Assembly (NCBI GenBank): GCA_038889075.1
Contig: JAWAHS010000001.1
Span: 215,764-279,763, forward strand
Direction of reading: 5' to 3'
Length of the DNA: 64,000 nt
DNA from: Ignisphaera sp.
GTDB lineage: Archaea > Thermoproteota > Thermoprotei_A > Sulfolobales > Ignisphaeraceae
The translations under genes and the position numbers were made by a program. This document shows positions 1-9,842 of the stretch, in pieces (the stretch's first letter is position 1; every line of letters starts with the position of its first letter). The notes under the pieces were generated by a model. The model was not told the DNA's origin, did not search any database, and saw only the letters and a program-made list of their open reading frames with translations.

Positions 1-28
1 AGGTAGACAAGCGAGTATATACAATCTT

Positions 29-1285
29 TTGGCAAAGCTTGCAGAGGCTCTTATCAACGGCGTTGTAGAGCTCTACAATGTTGAGATCGAAGCGGATGAA
101 TTAACTCTTATATTACCTGAAACAGTAGCCGCACCCTCACAGATACCCATCCCAGTTGTGGTACCACCACCAAAGCAGATTGTTGAAGCTAAGCCTGAGG
201 TTGCAACAGCTACAGCCATAGCTAAAACCGTTGAGGTGGTGGCTAAGAAGGTTATTGAATTATCTAAAGTAGCTTTTGAAGAGCCTAGACCAAAGTACAG
301 CGGTAGAGTTGTTGAGGTAAGGCTCGGGGCTACAAAGGGTGAGGGTGGAACAAGGGAGAAGGCAATAGTCATCGGTGGCCATTCAATGCCTCCATACTTC
401 TACCTATCGGGTTATGGAGTTGGACATCCTCCAGCATTTGGTGGAGACACCTTTGATATGAAGATAGGACTACCTAGAGCGGTAAGACAGGTTTTTGGAG
501 ACGCTCTGGATAACCCTATCGAATGGGCAAAGTTGTGGATAGATAAATTTGGTGCTGAGGCGATAGATATACATCTGATCAGTACGGATCCAACAATAAA
601 AGATGCTTCGGCCAAAGAAGCTGTGAAGACTGTTGATATGCTTCTACAAGGTGTTAAGGTTCCTATAGTTGTTGGTGGAAGTGGCAATCCAGAGAAGGAT
701 GTTGAAGTGTTTAGAAGCATTGTTGAGGTCTTTCCAAGCGAAGGTCTGGTGATAAATAGTCTTAACCTAGATATGAAGCTCGAGGCAGTGTGTCCACACA
801 TAGCAAAGTCGAATGCTGTTGTAATAGACTTCTCTCCCATGGATCTCGATAAGGCTGAGCAAATCAATAGAAAGGTATACGAGTGGATTCCTAGAGATAG
901 AATAATCCTAGATCTAAATATTGGTGGCATAGGCTACGGAACAGAATATGGCTTTACGGTAATGGAAAGGGCTAGGCTAGCAGCATTGATAGGGAATGAG
1001 CTACTGGCTCATCCATTCAATGTAGGTGCAGCGAATGCCTGGGGTGCTAGAGAGGCGTGGATAACAATGGATCCTTACTGGGGACCTAAAGAGATTAGGG
1101 GACCCCTCTGGGAGACGCTTACATGTATACTATGTCTGTTGGCCGGAGCAGACTACTTCATGATCCTACACCCCTTAACAATGAAGGTACTGAGAGAGAT
1201 GAGGGAACAGCTATTTTCAGAACCCAGAATCAGTGACCCTGAAAAGGCACTACAGTGGCTTTCCTCAAAGCTACCCATTGTATAA
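29..1285 (+). CDS. cdhD: ACDS/CODH-ACS complex delta subunit (corrinoid Fe-S protein small subunit); may be 5'-truncated by the window edge
   Basis: Motifs EVRLGATKGEGGTR, IHLISTDP, GGSGNPEKD, GYGTEY...MERARLAAL, NAWGAREAW, GPLWE; frame is open to the window start; adjacent to cdhE. Confidence 0.93.
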   Translation: MAKLAEALINGVVELYNVEIEADELTLILPETVAAPSQIPIPVVVPPPKQIVEAKPEVATATAIAKTVEVVAKKVIELSKVAFEEPRPKYSGRVVEVRLGATKGEGGTREKAIVIGGHSMPPYFYLSGYGVGHPPAFGGDTFDMKIGLPRAVRQVFGDALDNPIEWAKLWIDKFGAEAIDIHLISTDPTIKDASAKEAVKTVDMLLQGVKVPIVVGGSGNPEKDVEVFRSIVEVFPSEGLVINSLNLDMKLEAVCPHIAKSNAVVIDFSPMDLDKAEQINRKVYEWIPRDRIILDLNIGGIGYGTEYGFTVMERARLAALIGNELLAHPFNVGAANAWGAREAWITMDPYWGPKEIRGPLWETLTCILCLLAGADYFMILHPLTMKVLREMREQLFSEPRISDPEKALQWLSSKLPIV

Positions 1286-1297
1286 GGTGATCACCAT

Positions 1298-2740
1298 ATG
1301 CCATGGCAGCCTCCAAGCCCTATACAGGTATTTCAATTGTTACCTAAAACAAACTGTGGCAAGTGTGGAGAACCAAACTGCATGGCCTTTGCAGTAAGGC
1401 TAGTAAACTTTGAAGTGGCTTTAGAAACATGTACACCACTTATCGAGGATTCAAATCTGAAGCCAGCGTACGAGAAGCTGAAATCTCTTCTAGCACCACC
1501 TGTAAGAGAAATTGAACTTAGAGGTTCTAAGAAGAGTCTGAGGATTGGAGGCAAGTATGTACTGCATAGGCATGAGCTACGCTACATGAATCCCACAGCC
1601 ATAGCTATAGATATCGACGATTCTATGGATAGGGAAACGATTTTGAAGAGGGTGGAGATGGTCGAGAAGTTTGAGTATGAATACGTTGGACAAAAACTTA
1701 AGCTGGATGCGATCGCCATAAGATCTACCTCTAATGATCCTAAGCAGTTTGCTAGAGCAGTTCAGCTCGTAGCTGAAAATAGTAGCTTACCCATAATACT
1801 ATGCTCTCTAAATCCCTCAATTATCGAAGCTGGTTTAAATGTTCTTACACCACCCTATAGACCTCTACTATATGCTGCTACAAGAGATAACTGGAGGGAG
1901 ATGGTAGAGCTTGCAAAAAGATTCGAAGCTCCTCTGTCAATTGCAAGCCCTGGTGATCTAGATATGCTGGTATCGCTATCCAAGACAATTACGGAGGATA
2001 TAGGTTTCCAGGATATTACTCTAGATCCGGGTTGCTTTATAGGGTTGGGAGGACTATCATATACATTGAAAGCCTACAGCTGGATAAGGTATAAGGCTGT
2101 ATACGATTTATGGAGATACGCAGGTTTTCCACTAATAGCAACACCGATAGCTGTATGGAGCTACCTTAAAGGTGACATTACAGAGATTATGTGGTGGGAG
2201 GCTACACTCGCTCTAACACTCATGACCAGATACGCTGATTTAATAATAATGCATACCCTAGAAGGATGGACGCTACTTCCACTAGTTATGTGGCGCTTCC
2301 AACTCTATACGGATCCAAGGAAGCCCGTGGCAGTACCTTCAGGAGTGAGGGAGATTGGCAAACCCAATGAAAATTCGCCAGTTATAGTGACCACCAATTA
2401 TGCACTCACATACAGTATTGTTTCAAGCGATGCTGAAAGGTCAAAGGTTAATGCATGGCTCTTAGTTGTAGATACAGAGGGGCTAGCCGTAGACGTTTCC
2501 GTTGCTGGAAGAAAGCTTACAGGTGAAAAGGTGCGGGAATTAATTAAGAGTAGCAATCTAGAGCAGAAAGTAAAACATAGAATACTGATTATACCAGGTA
2601 AAGCTGCGAGAGTACAAGGCGATATTGAAGATGCTACAGGTTGGAAAGTTATTGTAGGTCCTATGGATTCTAGCGAGATAGGAAAGTTCCTGGAGAAGAC
2701 GTGGACCCCAGAAAAGTTAAAAGAGTTGGGCGAGGGTTAA
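1298..2740 (+). CDS. cdhE: ACDS complex gamma subunit (corrinoid Fe-S protein large subunit, AcsC)
   Basis: N-terminal LPKTNCGKCGEPNCMAFA [4Fe-4S] motif; YTDPRKPVAV, TTNYALTY, VDTEGLAV and IIPG motifs. Confidence 0.95.
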   Translation: MPWQPPSPIQVFQLLPKTNCGKCGEPNCMAFAVRLVNFEVALETCTPLIEDSNLKPAYEKLKSLLAPPVREIELRGSKKSLRIGGKYVLHRHELRYMNPTAIAIDIDDSMDRETILKRVEMVEKFEYEYVGQKLKLDAIAIRSTSNDPKQFARAVQLVAENSSLPIILCSLNPSIIEAGLNVLTPPYRPLLYAATRDNWREMVELAKRFEAPLSIASPGDLDMLVSLSKTITEDIGFQDITLDPGCFIGLGGLSYTLKAYSWIRYKAVYDLWRYAGFPLIATPIAVWSYLKGDITEIMWWEATLALTLMTRYADLIIMHTLEGWTLLPLVMWRFQLYTDPRKPVAVPSGVREIGKPNENSPVIVTTNYALTYSIVSSDAERSKVNAWLLVVDTEGLAVDVSVAGRKLTGEKVRELIKSSNLEQKVKHRILIIPGKAARVQGDIEDATGWKVIVGPMDSSEIGKFLEKTWTPEKLKELGEG

Positions 2741-2894
2741 CAATAGAATACAATAGAATATTTTTAACCAGCGAATACTATTTAGTTAGGCTTTTCATGT
2801 CTGACAAAGGCTAATCAAAAATACGGTCTTAAAAGGTAAAAACTTTCTAAAAGCATGTACTAAAATAGTAAAGGCATATTGAAGGAGGATAGCT

Positions 2895-4745
2895 ATGAAC
2901 AGTACAGTTAGGGTAAGGTTTCCTCAGTATGGAATAGAAGTTGAGGTATCGAAAGGTACAACGATTCTGGAAGCGGCTAAGAAAGCTGGTATAGGTATTA
3001 GGAGTGTATGTGGTGGAAAGGGGCTTTGCGGTAAATGTAAGGTACTAGTTGCTAGTGGAGGAGTCGATCACAAGCTTGGGGATAGAACACTACTTGCGGA
3101 AGACGAGATTAGGAAGGGATACGTACTCGCATGTATAGCTAAGGTTATGAGTGATCTTGAAGTAGTAGTACCACCAGAGAGCTTTATTGGAAGAGCAAAG
3201 CTTCTCTCTACTGTTGCACTACCACAAGTCTCTCCACAGCCATCTATTATTCTCCAGCGTATAGACGGTGCTTCAAAGATTAGGGAATACATTCTGAGCT
3301 TCCGTACCAGTAGCGATATTATTAAAAAAATTGAGGTCTCCCCCAATGGATCTCTGGTTATGGACTTGTATGCCAATAAGATAGTGGATTTCCTACCCGA
3401 ATCTAGAAGTATTGAAGGAATCTATGGTATCGCAGTCGACATCGGTACTACAAAAATTGTTGTTGCCCTAGTTGATATTACATCAGGCAGGATCCTGGGT
3501 GTAGAATCGGAATTCAATAGGCAGCTCATATACGGTGAGGATATAGTTTCTAGGATTTCTAGAGCAATTGATGGAATTGAAGGTTTGAGAGAAGTTCAGA
3601 GAGCGGCTATCACCACGGTTAATGAGCTTATTCAGAGGCTTTGCAAAAGGTTTAATGTAGATCCTCGGAATGTATATGAGATTGTAGCAGCAGGAAATAC
3701 TGCTATGACTTTCCTCTTTGTTGGTGAGAATCCCTATCCACTTATAAAATCCTTTAAAGAACCTGTACGGGTAACTCCAAAGCCATATATACTAGATGCT
3801 AGGGATCTGGGTATAGATGTAAATAGCAATGCCAGTATATACATTCTTCCATGTGCAGGGAGATTTCTCGGTGGAGATGTTGTAGGGGATGTAATAACAG
3901 CTGGTATGAACTTCTCTGAGGAACCGTCGCTACTCATAGACATTGGAACTAATGCCGAGGTTGTCATGGGGTGCAGGCACTGGTTTATAGGTACAACAGC
4001 ACCTGCTGGTCCAGCTTTCGAGGGCTGGGGGCTGAGGCATGGTGTTAGAGCTGTTGCAGGTGCTATTGAAAGCGTTGCTGTGGATCCAGCTACACTAAAA
4101 GCTGAGTATACTACTATAGGAAATGCTAAGCCTATTGGAATATGCGGTTCAGGTTATATAGATCTTGTGGCGCAGCTCTTTGTAAACGGTGTTATAGATG
4201 TATTTGGAAAGTTTTACAGAGGTGTGAAGTCGCAGTATGTTAGGGAGGGTACAGAGGGATACGAGTATGTTGTTGTTCCTTCTAGTGAAGCTGCTATAGG
4301 TAGGGATATTGTTGTTACAGAGAAGGATATATACAACATAATCGATTCAAAATCATCCGTTTGTGCTGCAATATCGATACTGCTGAAGAAGATGTATCTA
4401 AGCGTATTTGATGTTAAGAGCGTATACATCTGTGGAGCATTCGGTAGGTATCTAAATATAAACAGTGCTATAGCTATCGGTATGATACCGGAGTTTCCAA
4501 ATGCCAAAATAACCTATATTGGTAATGGTTCGCTAGGTGGAGCCTATCTAGCACTTATATCGAAGACCTATAAACTTGAGGCTGAGAGAGTTGCGAAGCT
4601 CATGGCATCTATAGAGCTTATGCTTGATCCAAACTTTATGGAGGAGTACGAGGCCGGCTTCAAACTCCCCGGAAGGAGGGAGCTGTTTCCAACATGGTGG
4701 GAGAGGGCAAGATCCGTAAAACAGTGGAGGATTCCCGGTGGTTAG
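2895..4745 (+). CDS. Reductive activator of corrinoid proteins (RACo/AcsV, ASKHA ATPase with N-terminal [2Fe-2S] domain)
   Basis: CGGKGLCGKC...LAC ferredoxin domain; DIGTT, DIGTNAE, GPAFEG, GICGSG and GNGSL ASKHA motifs. Confidence 0.92.
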   Translation: MNSTVRVRFPQYGIEVEVSKGTTILEAAKKAGIGIRSVCGGKGLCGKCKVLVASGGVDHKLGDRTLLAEDEIRKGYVLACIAKVMSDLEVVVPPESFIGRAKLLSTVALPQVSPQPSIILQRIDGASKIREYILSFRTSSDIIKKIEVSPNGSLVMDLYANKIVDFLPESRSIEGIYGIAVDIGTTKIVVALVDITSGRILGVESEFNRQLIYGEDIVSRISRAIDGIEGLREVQRAAITTVNELIQRLCKRFNVDPRNVYEIVAAGNTAMTFLFVGENPYPLIKSFKEPVRVTPKPYILDARDLGIDVNSNASIYILPCAGRFLGGDVVGDVITAGMNFSEEPSLLIDIGTNAEVVMGCRHWFIGTTAPAGPAFEGWGLRHGVRAVAGAIESVAVDPATLKAEYTTIGNAKPIGICGSGYIDLVAQLFVNGVIDVFGKFYRGVKSQYVREGTEGYEYVVVPSSEAAIGRDIVVTEKDIYNIIDSKSSVCAAISILLKKMYLSVFDVKSVYICGAFGRYLNINSAIAIGMIPEFPNAKITYIGNGSLGGAYLALISKTYKLEAERVAKLMASIELMLDPNFMEEYEAGFKLPGRRELFPTWWERARSVKQWRIPGG

Positions 4746-5526
4746 GATGAGGAGACCATTTGTAACCTCCATTTCTGGTAAGGGTGGTAGTGGTAAGACT
4801 ATGCTAACAGCACTACTAACAAAGATTTTAATTGAACATGAAACTGGTGATGAAATTCTAATTGTGGATGGCGATCCAGCTACAAACCTGCCTGAAGCAC
4901 TAGGCATTGAGATTAGAAAGACCATTGGGGAGGTTGTTGAGGAATTTAAAAAGAGCTCCCAGGAACAGAGTTTTTCAGCCTCTTTTAGAAAGGATGCCCT
5001 GCTGGAGTACCTTATTATGAGGGATTGCTTAGTTGAGCTAGAACACTTCGACTTCATAGCCATGGGTCGTGGTGAGGGTGAGGGATGCTATTGTTTTATT
5101 AACGCTCTTCTCGTAGGGATTCTAAGTAAACTCATACACAACTATACAGTAGTTTTAATGGATATGGAGGCAGGGCTGGAGCACCTCAATAGAAGAACGG
5201 ATAGATACGTCAATACAATGGTAGTCGTTGTAGATCCCTCGAAAATGAGCTTCAAAACCGCAGAGAGAATTAGAGAGGTAATCGTAGAGGTGGGGCTAAA
5301 GGTGAATAACATGTACATTGTTGGAAACAAGATCCCTCAGGCAGATATGGAGAGGCTATACAATTGGGCTAAGAACATAGGCTACGAGGTCGCAGGTGTA
5401 GTACCGTACGACCCACTAATAGAAGAATTTAATACAAATGGAATTCCTCTCATAAAGCTACCCAGTAGTAGCATAGCAGTAAGAGCGGTAAAGGATGTAG
5501 CCAAGAGGATATCGCTAATAGACTAG
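4738..5526 (+). CDS. cooC: CooC/AcsF nickel-insertion ATPase for CODH/ACS
   Basis: GKGGSGKT P-loop, DGDPATNL, GEGCYC metal motif, DMEAGLEHL. Confidence 0.9.
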   Translation: MVRMRRPFVTSISGKGGSGKTMLTALLTKILIEHETGDEILIVDGDPATNLPEALGIEIRKTIGEVVEEFKKSSQEQSFSASFRKDALLEYLIMRDCLVELEHFDFIAMGRGEGEGCYCFINALLVGILSKLIHNYTVVLMDMEAGLEHLNRRTDRYVNTMVVVVDPSKMSFKTAERIREVIVEVGLKVNNMYIVGNKIPQADMERLYNWAKNIGYEVAGVVPYDPLIEEFNTNGIPLIKLPSSSIAVRAVKDVAKRISLID

Positions 5527-5869
5527 CACCAAATTCCTTCTGCTACCAGCACTGCAACTCTAACCAGATCTCACCTTCATAGATCGTATCTTCAAACAAT
5601 TCACAGTGTATCCTTAATAGGTAGAGACTGCATCGAGATCCACAATAAATTTGGACCTCCCTACCATGTTGCTGATTTTGCCAGAGTCTTGTCATAAAAT
5701 AATTTAAAGAAATAGAAAGATATAGATATTCGATCAAGGTCTCTACATTTTCTAATTCCTTTTTGGCAATTCTGCATCCGTCATTTCCATTTTTAGTGAT
5801 ATACAGGTCTTCCGCATCTGCGGATTTTGTCCTCTGAAACAGGTAAGAGATCATACTTACGATAGCTGT

Positions 5870-6109
5870 TTATATGTGTAAGAAACCATCTAGTGTCCTA
5901 GCTGATCCTACAAGCAATCGTAGTTGTATTCTCAATAGTGATGCCTCAATTTCTCTAATTTTCGGTCTCGGAAGAGATGTTTGAGGGAATTTCCTGAGCA
6001 TAGTCATTGCCCTCTGTAATCTCTTTCTAAATTCCTCTGAGATTATCAGAGTCGGTGATTCCAATACCACGCTTTCTGTAATTATGTAGCTGGTATATAT
6101 TACATACAT
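5870..6109 (-). CDS. Small hypothetical protein
   Basis: 79-aa ORF with basic C-terminal half ending ARTLDGFLHI; no family recognised. Confidence 0.35.
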   Translation of the reverse strand: MYVIYTSYIITESVVLESPTLIISEEFRKRLQRAMTMLRKFPQTSLPRPKIREIEASLLRIQLRLLVGSARTLDGFLHI

Positions 6110-6155
6110 ATAGTGCTAGGTTTTTGTGTTTAGAAGGTGTAGATGTTTAACTGTT

Positions 6156-6261
6156 TGGTGCCGCGGCCGGGATTTGAACCCGGGTGTCCCGCACCATTAT
6201 TTGGATTTGGTGTCACGGGCTCGAGAGGCCCGCATACTTGACCGGGCTATACTACCGCGGC
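6156..6261 (-). tRNA. tRNA-Glu(CTC) with 28-nt intron at non-canonical position 45/46 (intron 6186-6213), CCA encoded
   Basis: Reverse complement gives GCCGCGG acceptor, CGGGC-CTCTCGA-GCCCG anticodon arm, CCGGG-TTCAAAT-CCCGG T arm and ACCA; the insert forms a bulge-helix-bulge-like motif. Confidence 0.93.
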
Positions 6262-6350
6262 TCTAATAGGGTTTTGGTGTAGATAGAACTTTAAAAGCTT
6301 TATTTTTCAATATACGCTGTGATAACTTTTTAGATGGGTTTGGATCTCCA

Positions 6351-6674
6351 TTGAGTAGGCTATTAAGAGATGTCGCAATCCAAAGGATGTATATATTGTT
6401 TCGCCTAGGCGTTCTAGCTGTAGAAAGTGGTAGGATTGAATATGCGAGGAGGTATGGTGAATTGGTTAGGAGAATTTCAATGAGATGTAGAGTAGGTATT
6501 CCTAGGTCTATAAAGAGGTGGATCTGTAAGAACTGCGGTGTTATTATGGTACCAGGTTTCAATGCTCGTGTCAGGAGTCGTAGAGAGGGAAAAACTTTAA
6601 GGGTTGTAACAACATGTCTGGTCTGCGGGTGGATACATAGATACGAGTTTATTAGGTGGAGAAAGGGTGGCTAG
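6351..6674 (+). CDS. rnp4: RNase P protein component 4 (Rpp21)
   Basis: IAxQR-like start, KRWICKNC...PG...CLVCG zinc ribbon. Confidence 0.92.
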   Translation: MSRLLRDVAIQRMYILFRLGVLAVESGRIEYARRYGELVRRISMRCRVGIPRSIKRWICKNCGVIMVPGFNARVRSRREGKTLRVVTTCLVCGWIHRYEFIRWRKGG

Positions 6675-6954
6675 ATTAAGTGGGTATGCTGAGAGACTTA
6701 GAAAGGAGAAGGTATCAAGCCATAGGGCTGATGTAAATATTGGTAGGAAGGGTCTCCATCCAGGTATTATTAAGGAAATTAAGCAGATATTGGATGATAG
6801 GAGGTGTGTAAAAATAAGGTTGCTTAAGAATGCGAGGTCTATCGTTTCCGATGAGGATATAGCGAGAATTGCTGAACAGTTGAATGCTGTAGTTGTCGAT
6901 TCTAGAGGCTATACATATGTCCTAATAAATAGGAAAGCTCTTAAGAGTGTGTAA
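6667..6954 (+). CDS. YhbY/CRM-domain RNA-binding protein
   Basis: VNIGRKGL...IKEIK...VKIRLLK, VDSRG; conserved position between rnp4 and rps19e. Confidence 0.85.
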   Translation: MARLSGYAERLRKEKVSSHRADVNIGRKGLHPGIIKEIKQILDDRRCVKIRLLKNARSIVSDEDIARIAEQLNAVVVDSRGYTYVLINRKALKSV

Positions 6955-7004
6955 AGAGATAGGTAGATAACTCACACCTAGGTAACGCTATGATGTGAGG
7001 TAGA

Positions 7005-7496
7005 ATGGTCACTGTAAGGGATGTACCAGCAAACATATTTATAGAAAAGCTAGCTATCTATCTCAAGACAAATGTAGCGCCAGTGAAACCTCCATCGTGG
7101 GTAAGCTTTACAAAAACTGGTCCACATAAGGAGAGGGTTCCGGACAATCCGGAGTGGTGGTACTATAGAGCAGCAGCAATCTTGAGAAAAATATATCTTG
7201 CAGAAAATCCGGTAGGTCTGGAAACCCTTAGAACGGTGTTTGGAGGTCTCAAGAGGAGAGGATCAGCACCGCCACACTATAGAAAATGCGGTGGAAGCCA
7301 CATAAGGAGAATACTCCATCAGCTCGAGGCTGCAGAACTTATTGAAAAAACCCCCAGGGGTAGAAGGATTACACCTAAAGGACGTGCTATACTAGATGGA
7401 TTAGCTCTAGAAATATTTAAAGAGCTTGTAAAGAACAATCCTCAGCTACTGAAATACGCATCACCATCGATAGCTAGAGAGGTTCCATCTAGATAG
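7005..7496 (+). CDS. rps19e: 30S ribosomal protein S19e
   Basis: TVRDVP, KTGPHKERVP, WWYYRAAAILRK, GRRITPKG. Confidence 0.97.
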   Translation: MVTVRDVPANIFIEKLAIYLKTNVAPVKPPSWVSFTKTGPHKERVPDNPEWWYYRAAAILRKIYLAENPVGLETLRTVFGGLKRRGSAPPHYRKCGGSHIRRILHQLEAAELIEKTPRGRRITPKGRAILDGLALEIFKELVKNNPQLLKYASPSIAREVPSR

Positions 7497-7578
7497 ATAG
7501 GCTGGTAAAGCGATTAAGCTCATAAGCTGTGAGTATAAGATATATAAACAGATCTAGCTGTTATGGATAATCTATGAG

Positions 7579-7947
7579 GTGATGTCTGTGGGCGAAGAAA
7601 TGTATGCTGGGGATGAGGAGCTATCTGCACTACTAGAGAGGCAGTATAGGGAAATGCTTATTAGAAGAAGACAGGAAATGGAGAGGCAGAGGCTACAAAG
7701 GGAAGCTGAGGAGGCTAGGAGGCAGGAGATACTCAGATCGATTCTAACACCAAGTGCTCGTGAAAGGCTAGCGAATATCAAGCTTGTTAGACCGGAGATA
7801 GCAAGAGTTGTAGAAGATAGGCTTATAGCCCTTGCTCTACAGGGTAGAATTTCCCAACCCTTAACAGATGAAGAGTTAAAGGCGATACTTGCAGAAATAT
7901 ATGAGAGAACGAGAAAGGATTTTAGGATTAGCATACGTGAGAAGTAG
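7579..7947 (+). CDS. PDCD5-like DNA-binding protein
   Basis: [23 protein letters not shown]; conserved position downstream of rps19e. Confidence 0.92.
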   Translation: MMSVGEEMYAGDEELSALLERQYREMLIRRRQEMERQRLQREAEEARRQEILRSILTPSARERLANIKLVRPEIARVVEDRLIALALQGRISQPLTDEELKAILAEIYERTRKDFRISIREK

Positions 7948-7958
7948 GGTGGATCTAC

Positions 7959-8117
7959 ATGGCTCACAATAAACCTTTGGCAAAGAAGTTAAGGCTTATA
8001 AATAGGGAGAAGAGCAACAATCCAATACCTGTATGGGTTACCGCAAAAACACTTATGAAGATAAGGAGGCACTTTAGATTAAGGCACTGGCGAAGATCTA
8101 AGCTAGGAGATGTGTAA
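7959..8117 (+). CDS. rpl39e: 50S ribosomal protein L39e (not in ORF track)
   Basis: Manual translation MAHNKPLAKKLRL...PIPVWVTAKT...RHWRRSKL, 52 aa. Confidence 0.95.
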   Translation: MAHNKPLAKKLRLINREKSNNPIPVWVTAKTLMKIRRHFRLRHWRRSKLGDV

Positions 8118-8135
8118 CTGAGTGGGTGTTGATAC

Positions 8136-8408
8136 ATGCCTCAGGATAAAGCTGATGGAATATACATAGTACCGCTTAGATGCATATACAGAGCTGGTAG
8201 CAGGACTGATAGGGGAAGGAGGGCTATAGGATATGTGAGGAGATTTCTGGAGAGACATCTAGGTGGAAAGGTGCTACTCGATCCATCGATAAGTATGTAT
8301 ATATATAGTAGGAAGATCGAGAGGCCTCCCCATAGAATAGCTGTTAGATTTACCAAACTTGATAACGGAATCTATAAGGCAATGCTTGCCCTTATAGCAA
8401 AGAGGTAA
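8136..8408 (+). CDS. rpl31e: 50S ribosomal protein L31e
   Basis: IYIVPLR, RAIGYVRRFLERH, PPHRIAVR; between L39e and eIF6. Confidence 0.88.
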   Translation: MPQDKADGIYIVPLRCIYRAGSRTDRGRRAIGYVRRFLERHLGGKVLLDPSISMYIYSRKIERPPHRIAVRFTKLDNGIYKAMLALIAKR

Positions 8409-8413
8409 ATTTA

Positions 8414-9085
8414 ATGATTATTGAGAGGATAAGCTATAAGGGAAACCCGAATATAGGTGTATACATTTTTGTAAATGATAAGATATCCCTAGTTCCTAGG
8501 GATGCAGATCCGAAATTCATCCAAACCATTCAGGATATTCTTCACGTACCGGTGGTAAAGACCTCTATAGGTGATATGGAGGTTATAGGCATTCTTATTG
8601 CTGGAAATAATAAGGGCATGATACTTCCTCATATAGTTAAGGAATACGAGTATAGAGCTATTAAGAATGCGTTTGATGGAAACATCTCTATTGTTAAAAC
8701 GAGGTTCACAGCGCTAGGCAATGTTTGTCTCGTTAATGATTTTGCTGCATATATAAGTAGCCTAGCTTATGAGGAGATTAAAAATGCTGTTAGGGATGCC
8801 CTCGAGGTTGAGGTAATCGAAAAGGGCTTTATAGCAGATATTCCAACAGTTGGATCGGCCGCTTACGTAAATAACGTTGGTGGTGTTGTACATCCAGATG
8901 CTGTAGAGGAGGAGGTATTGTTTCTTTCAAATCTATTTAAGATTAGGGTAGATGTTGGAACAGTTAATTTCGGGGTAGGGTTTATAAAGTCCGGGCTTAC
9001 TGGTAATTCACATGGCCTACTAGTTGGGGCTAGAACAACAGGTCCTGAAATAATGAGGTTGAGTAAGGTATTTGGAGGGGTGTAG
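8414..9085 (+). CDS. eif6: Translation initiation factor 6 (aIF6)
   Basis: GNPNIGVY, ALGN, TVGS, VHP, GTVNFG, TTGPE. Confidence 0.95.
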   Translation: MIIERISYKGNPNIGVYIFVNDKISLVPRDADPKFIQTIQDILHVPVVKTSIGDMEVIGILIAGNNKGMILPHIVKEYEYRAIKNAFDGNISIVKTRFTALGNVCLVNDFAAYISSLAYEEIKNAVRDALEVEVIEKGFIADIPTVGSAAYVNNVGGVVHPDAVEEEVLFLSNLFKIRVDVGTVNFGVGFIKSGLTGNSHGLLVGARTTGPEIMRLSKVFGGV

Positions 9086-9089
9086 GTAT

Positions 9090-9353
9090 ATGGGTGAAAT
9101 CAAGATATATAGGATAGAAGGCTTTATGCTAATATCACAGGATAAGCTACCTAGATGGGCAAAGTTTGTAAAAGAGATAAGAGCGTTGAAGCTCGAGCAT
9201 GCACTTGAGAAACTCTATTCAGAAATGGGTAGTAGGCACGGGGTTAGAAGACCAAATATAAGGATAGTTGATATAAGGGAAATAGGTGTTGAGGAGGCTA
9301 GGAGTAAGTATATTAAAGAACTGGCTGGACTAACATATATGGTGATTGAATGA
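9090..9353 (+). CDS. rpl18a: 50S ribosomal protein L18a/LX
   Basis: KIYRIEG, FVKEIRALKLEHALEKLYSEMGSRH. Confidence 0.92.
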   Translation: MGEIKIYRIEGFMLISQDKLPRWAKFVKEIRALKLEHALEKLYSEMGSRHGVRRPNIRIVDIREIGVEEARSKYIKELAGLTYMVIE

Positions 9354-9823
9354 GTATACAGGATAAGACTAGAATAGAGGAAGCTGCACAGCAACTACTT
9401 GCACAACTAGAAGAGCTTAGAAATGCCATAAGGGTTGTGCAATCACGGTCCATCTCCCTATCTAATGAGATTCAGGAGATTAGGCTAGCCTACGAGACTC
9501 TATCCTCCATCCAAAGATATGGTCAGAGAGACACTCTAGCTTCGCTAGATAGAGAGGGATATGTATTCGTTAAGATAAAGCTCGATGATGTGGATAGGGC
9601 TGTAATTAGAATTACGAAGGATCTATACGCGGTACTTCCAATAGATAATGCAAAGAATGTGCTGTCACTATATGAAAAGGATTTGATGAGCGAACTTCAA
9701 GAAACCGAAGGTGAGCTAAAGAGACTTACCGATCTATATAACCAGCTTCAAAAAAAGCTACAAGAGTATTTAGCAGTGTTATCGAGATCGGAAAGAGAGA
9801 CCTCTGCTCCTAAAGGTTCATAA
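9350..9823 (+). CDS. pfdA: Prefoldin subunit alpha
   Basis: Coiled coil-beta hairpin-coiled coil pattern; canonical LX-pfdA-ftsY order. Confidence 0.8.
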   Translation: MSIQDKTRIEEAAQQLLAQLEELRNAIRVVQSRSISLSNEIQEIRLAYETLSSIQRYGQRDTLASLDREGYVFVKIKLDDVDRAVIRITKDLYAVLPIDNAKNVLSLYEKDLMSELQETEGELKRLTDLYNQLQKKLQEYLAVLSRSERETSAPKGS

Positions 9824-9842
9824 ATACTAGGGTAAATTTCTA

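Noticed and set aside
2741-2760. Tandem duplication CAATAGAATA x2 after the cdhE stop
   Set aside because: Only two 10-bp units in AT-rich DNA; no evidence of function
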